From positions 1 through 64,000 of the IMG/VR virus record IMGVR_UViG_3300027896_000023: 64,000 nt of DNA; one strand, given 5' to 3'. Both the position numbers and the translations under genes were made by a program. The DNA is from a virus. Of the stretch, positions 60,301 to 64,000 are shown one piece after another (position 1 is the first letter of the stretch; every line of letters begins with the position of its first letter). Under the pieces are notes generated by a model. It did no database searches. It was not told where the DNA came from and worked only from the letters and a program-made list of their open reading frames with translations.

Positions 60301-61986
60301 GCTGATTGATTTGTTCCGTATAATTGTGCTACACGATAAGTTACTAACACTGACGTTACGAATGGTTACACTACAAGAGAGGTCTTTAGATGTTGATTTC
60401 CTAATAGTAAATGATGAAGAAAGCGGTGTTGAGGATGATCGTCTGATTGTGGAGCTGGATGAAAGATCTTTGCTGTTGACCTTACGAATTGAGAAAGATG
60501 ATGGCAACTCGATGGAAGATGTTTTTCTGCAGGTGAAGGAAATAGAGAGGTTGATGCTGCTGCTGTTCTGTATGGTTGTGCTTGATGACAGATCGTGTGT
60601 AGAGGATTTGCGAACTGTAAAGCTGCAGGATAAATTCTGGCTGCTGGATCGACGGATAGTGAATGATGATGAAAGGTTCTGTGGTGATCCAACTTTGCGG
60701 ATAGTGAATGAGACTGACAGGTCTTTGGTAGTTGATTTTCTAATTGTGAAACTGGAACTAAGGTCTTTTGTACCCTTATTGCGGACTATAACTGATCCAG
60801 AGAGATCTCTGGGAGTTCCCGTTCGGCGGATCGTGAAACTAGACGACGCATCTTTTGGCGTTCCAACTTTTCTGATTGTGAAACTGGAGGAGAGTGCTTT
60901 TGTGCCCTTTTTCTCGACAGTGACGCTGCTTGACAGGTCTTTAGCTACAACCGCTTGCAGTTGATACCAGGTGAAGTTACTGATTTGACTAAGGTTAGTT
61001 GAGGAACCATAGCTGAAACGCATACGAGTAGCCGTAGAGTTCACGTTGAAAGCATATCGATAGTTGAATGTCCACGTGTCTGTTCCGATAGATTTAGCGT
61101 TGGTAAATGCAGCAGTGATCCATGCAGCGTTGACGAAGGTTGCTGCAGCATTCACTTTTACGTTAGTGATGATGGCGTCGTTTAGGTTTAAGGTAGTTGT
61201 TCCAGCAGGCGTCCACGTTGCTGTATAATACGCGATCGCAGCGTTAGCGGCAATGCCGGAAGCGCCAACGTTTGTGCCTATCTGAGTGTTCGCGCCAACT
61301 CCACCTGTGTTGCTTCGTACAAAAATGTTAACGCAGATGTTTCCTGTGTTGGTGCCTGATGCGGCGTTAGCGTTCATGTAGCAGACCGTTGTTGCAGGAG
61401 ATGTGGTTGAAAGGTTCGGGAGAGTTAAACCGTGAGTTACTACAGTGGTGCCGTTGTTTGAGAAGTACCGGGTTTCAACTGGATCATGTATATCGAAGCC
61501 AAAGTCAGATGTTGCTTTCACGTCATATTCACGTGTGTCCTCTGGGTCCACAAGCAATGAACGCATGATCTCGTCGAATTCAACGTCGTCGTTCACCATG
61601 GATTTCTGAATCATTTTCTTGTGGAGAATTGGGTGTTCCTGGAAGAGACTTTCCCATTTCCAGTCATCATCCATAAACTCTTGGACACCAGCTGAATCAA
61701 TTATGATTGGTTCGTCTGAGTCTACTCGAACAATGCAGAATTCGTATGGGCTTGGACCGTATTGATCTCGGTTTTTGTCTAGTTCGTAAACTATGCTGAA
61801 TGACGCATTATATTTTGGTACACCTGTAGCTTTGTCCCATTCTTCGTTTACACGTGCGATTGATGGGCGGTAGGGTTCTTCGTAGCCGTTGCCAACTACA
61901 GCGCATTTTATCCATTGAGAGTATTTTCTGTCGACTGCTTGGCGCCATGGAATAATCAGTGATGAAGTTAACAGTAAATCAGACAT
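57388..61986 (-). CDS. 1532-aa protein with roughly 75 tandem 15-aa repeats (consensus ~SKDLSSSFTIRKxxx); putative fibre
   Basis: Repeats evident from residue ~345 to the end. Confidence 0.8.
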   Translation of the reverse strand: MSDLLLTSSLIIPWRQAVDRKYSQWIKCAVVGNGYEEPYRPSIARVNEEWDKATGVPKYNASFSIVYELDKNRDQYGPSPYEFCIVRVDSDEPIIIDSAGVQEFMDDDWKWESLFQEHPILHKKMIQKSMVNDDVEFDEIMRSLLVDPEDTREYDVKATSDFGFDIHDPVETRYFSNNGTTVVTHGLTLPNLSTTSPATTVCYMNANAASGTNTGNICVNIFVRSNTGGVGANTQIGTNVGASGIAANAAIAYYTATWTPAGTTTLNLNDAIITNVKVNAAATFVNAAWITAAFTNAKSIGTDTWTFNYRYAFNVNSTATRMRFSYGSSTNLSQISNFTWYQLQAVVAKDLSSSVTVEKKGTKALSSSFTIRKVGTPKDASSSFTIRRTGTPRDLSGSVIVRNKGTKDLSSSFTIRKSTTKDLSVSFTIRKVGSPQNLSSSFTIRRSSSQNLSCSFTVRKSSTHDLSSSTTIQNSSSINLSISFTCRKTSSIELPSSFSIRKVNSKDLSSSSTIRRSSSTPLSSSFTIRKSTSKDLSCSVTIRNVSVSNLSCSTIIRNKSISDLSSSFSIRKTSLKDLSTSFTIRKSSSVNLSSSFTIRKAASVDLSSSWTIRKSTIADLSSIFTILKAAAVDVSSSFTIRKSAYVRLSASCTIRKTSTIDLSGSITLRKATSCDQQSSVTIRNKSTTVLSSSFTIRKVNSKNLSSSFTVRKSSLLDLSSSFTIEKSSSQNLTSSFVIRRSASRDLSGSFTCRKPASTDLSGSFTIRKVSSKQLSVSVTLRKSATVDLSSSFTLEKEKTADVSSSFTLRKIAGIDCSSSVTLRKSSAKAVSSSFTVRKATSANLSSSVTIRKSVYADISASVTLRKSAAIYLSSSVTIRNRGSKALSSSMFVTSPNSMNMPSSFICRKTSSTNLGSSFGVYWFSSWELSSSFTIRKASSIDLSSSVTLLKSSSQDFSSNCTIRKTSYVDVFSSFTIEKVGIYEDLSSSFAIEKSSTCDISSSFTIRKFSTADLSASVTVRNNSSRELSCSFTCRKSTIAQLHSSFSIRKTSSQDEHTSVTIRNHGSRDLQSSFEVAIPAGINLISSFTCRKQSLANASCSFTIQRSASRNLSASFDVREAVGQDISSSFTVRQPSNRDLSSSWTLRKSTYTDVSTSVTLRRTSLQDLSSSFTIRKSTAKDLSSNVTLRKATSKDLHSSFTIRTPATKNLSSSFNLRIISIDLSCNFTLGGTSYADGVHTSVTVKNNSSKKLSSSWTIRKSTSKDHSVSFTIRRSASLDLSSSFTCRKAVSKDLSSSCTIRKVATKQLSCSYTIRKTSTKDLSSSFTIRCSSSKDCSSNITVQNKGIKNLSSSITLRKSSSKDRSANFTIRRSASVNFSCSFAVRTQKTKDASSSFTIQKASSKNESCKFIVRHPASRDLSGSFLPRYHSAVDLEEEFIVRNIGQRNLQSSLTIQNSNQAEVHSSFTIRKSAAEDLLEEFTVRNVGSADLSNIFKLSPPWSNMPCSFHIRRIVKYKRTHTERLVKAKLHTKRR

Positions 61987-62683
61987 TTTTTGGCACCTGC
62001 AAATTCAAGACTTTACCGCCGAAGTTTCTCAGGTGCTTACATTTTACTCGCCTGTCAACCCACAGCATATAATTTCGGCGCAACGCGTTGTAACAGAAGC
62101 CGTGGTCTTCACTTAGGGCAAAGGGGGTGCCGTCAGGCATAGGGATATTCCAAATTTTAAAGGATACTTTTTTGTCATTCATCACCTGTTTTGTTAAGAA
62201 CATGCAAGCTGTGTTTACAGCGTGCACTGAAAACAACTGTTCAGTCGGTAGCACATTGCTGAAGTCGTAGTATGGTTTAAAGTAGCCAAAGCCCAGGCGA
62301 ATATTCATTTTATTGTCTGGAACTAACACGATACCGCCAACGATGTCCACTTCATCTTCCAAGAAGTTGTTTATGGTTTCAGGCGGTGGGCACACGTCGC
62401 TGTCTAGGAACCAGGCGTAATCATAGTTTCGTCCGTACTCCATGAGAAGATCGCGGATTTTACCTATTTCGAAAAAACGGTTCTGTGTTGGCGTTGTGAA
62501 GTCTATGTCGACTGCTATTATCTGGTGTTTCAACTTGAAGTTCTGCATAACGTAGCTGCGTTTAGGAGATTTCGTGGGGATTGCAAAGAAGAACTTCAGC
62601 TTATCTTTTGGGTAATTGAGATGATACCAGCTGGCCCAGACGCTTTTAAGTGTACGTTCTGGATGTTCATGCATTGGAACCAT
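61979..62683 (-). CDS. GT-A (family 2-like) glycosyltransferase
   Basis: WFLDSDV, SEDHGFC, WVD..VKCKH. Confidence 0.8.
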   Translation of the reverse strand: MVPMHEHPERTLKSVWASWYHLNYPKDKLKFFFAIPTKSPKRSYVMQNFKLKHQIIAVDIDFTTPTQNRFFEIGKIRDLLMEYGRNYDYAWFLDSDVCPPPETINNFLEDEVDIVGGIVLVPDNKMNIRLGFGYFKPYYDFSNVLPTEQLFSVHAVNTACMFLTKQVMNDKKVSFKIWNIPMPDGTPFALSEDHGFCYNALRRNYMLWVDRRVKCKHLRNFGGKVLNLQVPKNV

Positions 62684-62706
62684 AACAGCTATGTTGGGTG
62701 TGTCTG

Positions 62707-64000
62707 TCAGTTTCGGTAGACCTCCGCTTTCACTGTGTATGCGCCTAGTTCTACGTTGTCATCTGGGTTCCAATCGTAAGCAGCATGGTAAGTTCCGGTT
62801 GAATCCTTCGTAACGATACCTATGTATGGACCATAGAGTACGCTGCTTGGGCTTACAGCGAATAATCTGCAGGTGTAGCCGGAGGCATCGAGGTCGTTTG
62901 GATCTGTGAAGTCGCATCGCAAAGTCGACGTAGCTGATCCTGAACGCTGCACAGAAGAAGGACTATTAGAAACAGAAGTAATTGTGAAAGCAACGATAGC
63001 TTTTAAAGTTATAATACAGCCTGAACCAAACATCCAACTGGCGGTTGATGAAGTAACATGTGTTTCAGCGGTACCAACACTTGAAACAATCTTTGTTAAC
63101 AAACCTTGTATCTGGTATCCTTGTCCACTAGATGTGAATTGGATTACTGGACTATTTGTTAAAATGAAACCATTCGTTGGGTTAGACAAAGTGCAGGATG
63201 TTGGAGTGAGGCAACCAGCTACACCTATCCATAATTCATTAGGCACAGTTGTGGTAGCTGTAGTTCCAGTATTCACTGGATTAGCTTCAGCGTCGGCTGT
63301 GGCAATTTTATCAACATAATTAATAGAGGCAATACCTGAATATTCAACAACTCCAAGTATCGCAACAACGTTTCCATTATTTACCCAAGCAACAGAAGCT
63401 GTTACAGTTTTACTTGGGGTAGAGATAACTTTGCCAACCCAGATTTCTGATGTTCCAGTTGTGAATTCGCCGCCTGACTCTGCCTTAGTCCATGAAACAC
63501 CAGATTGAGTTATGTTGTCTATTTTTCCATTGTCTGTGTTACCGCCAGATAAAGAAAAAGTGGCAATCAAAGTGTTGCCGACTACAGGTGTAGCGTTTAA
63601 AGTGACAGGCAGATCGAATGCCATGTCATCAGCATTTCCTTCAGCTGTAGCAAAAACTGGCCCTTGCACAGGCAAAATACCTGTTGGCAGATCAATGTCT
63701 ACATCAGATAAAACAGCACCGTCGACATACAGGTCTGCTGCGTATGCGTTGTCAGCACTGAAATCAATCAAAGAATATTCAATGGATCCTGTTGCAGTGT
63801 TATCGAAGTCTTTACTCATAACGGATAATCCATCTATCCATGCTTCTACATGTCCTTCAACCGCTACAGTGCAGCGAACTTTGATTATGTACCAACGATT
63901 AATGTCGATGCTTGACGGAGTATAGGTGATAACATGTTCAGCGTCATATCCCAGATACCAACTTAATATGCCACCGTCGTTGCGTATGCCAATAGCTGCC
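62707..64000 (-). CDS. Beta-rich virion/tail protein, 5' end beyond the window (LamG-like segment)
   Basis: Frame of 62707-63819 stays open to the window end (...NRWYIIKVRC...EAWIDG...). Confidence 0.65.
   Translation of the reverse strand, partial: AAIGIRNDGGILSWYLGYDAEHVITYTPSSIDINRWYIIKVRCTVAVEGHVEAWIDGLSVMSKDFDNTATGSIEYSLIDFSADNAYAADLYVDGAVLSDVDIDLPTGILPVQGPVFATAEGNADDMAFDLPVTLNATPVVGNTLIATFSLSGGNTDNGKIDNITQSGVSWTKAESGGEFTTGTSEIWVGKVISTPSKTVTASVAWVNNGNVVAILGVVEYSGIASINYVDKIATADAEANPVNTGTTATTTVPNELWIGVAGCLTPTSCTLSNPTNGFILTNSPVIQFTSSGQGYQIQGLLTKIVSSVGTAETHVTSSTASWMFGSGCIITLKAIVAFTITSVSNSPSSVQRSGSATSTLRCDFTDPNDLDASGYTCRLFAVSPSSVLYGPYIGIVTKDSTGTYHAAYDWNPDDNVELGAYTVKAEVYRN

Noticed and set aside
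58199-60964. Long plus-strand ORFs (58199, 59414, 60068 etc.)
   Set aside because: Antisense shadows of the repeat gene; no RBS or independent features
1-64000. Genome-wide TAG reassignment
   Set aside because: TAG ends the portal gene and 8710-8898 normally, and core genes are intact in the standard code; only one suspicious internal TAG was found
1-64000. tRNA genes, integrase/att sites, IS transposases
   Set aside because: No convincing cloverleaf with a T-loop and no recombinase or transposase motifs found by eye

Overview
This window is a large part of a tailed dsDNA archaeal virus genome (Caudoviricetes, HK97-type head module). The MCP N-terminus resembles those I recall for magrovirus/HGTV-1-like viruses. 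The host is probably Bathyarchaeia, inferred from two host-like genes and from archaeal TATA and GGTGA/GGAGG signals. Layout: a minus-strand late block (TerS, TerL, portal, ASCH-HAD-MBL multidomain protein, protease-scaffold, MCP; 1-16.1 kb); a regulatory/non-coding block (16.2-22 kb); a plus-strand block of about 70 mostly small ORFs (22-51 kb; AAA ATPase + DUF1257 + DUF2997, SWIM proteins, Ku-like protein, ATP-dependent ligase, HerA-like ATPase, DUF5131); a minus-strand DNA-modification block (51-57 kb); and structural genes including a 1532-aa repeat protein (57-64 kb). I saw no polymerase, integrase, tRNA or CRISPR array. Most unusual: (1) a 12-bp palindrome CT[AGT]CA[GC][GC]TG[ACT]AG, repeated more than 50 times by manual count, which doubles as an RBS at gene junctions, coincides with amino-acid variants in a repeat protein and marks a mobile-nuclease junction; (2) a ~770-nt, heavily base-paired, probably pseudoknotted non-coding RNA candidate, plus a second of ~340 nt; (3) an exact 56-bp antisense copy of the prohead-protease catalytic region 30 kb away, in the early region; (4) a nuclease cassette carrying a synonymously recoded replacement ligase C-terminus. 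All family calls are by eye; no searches were run.
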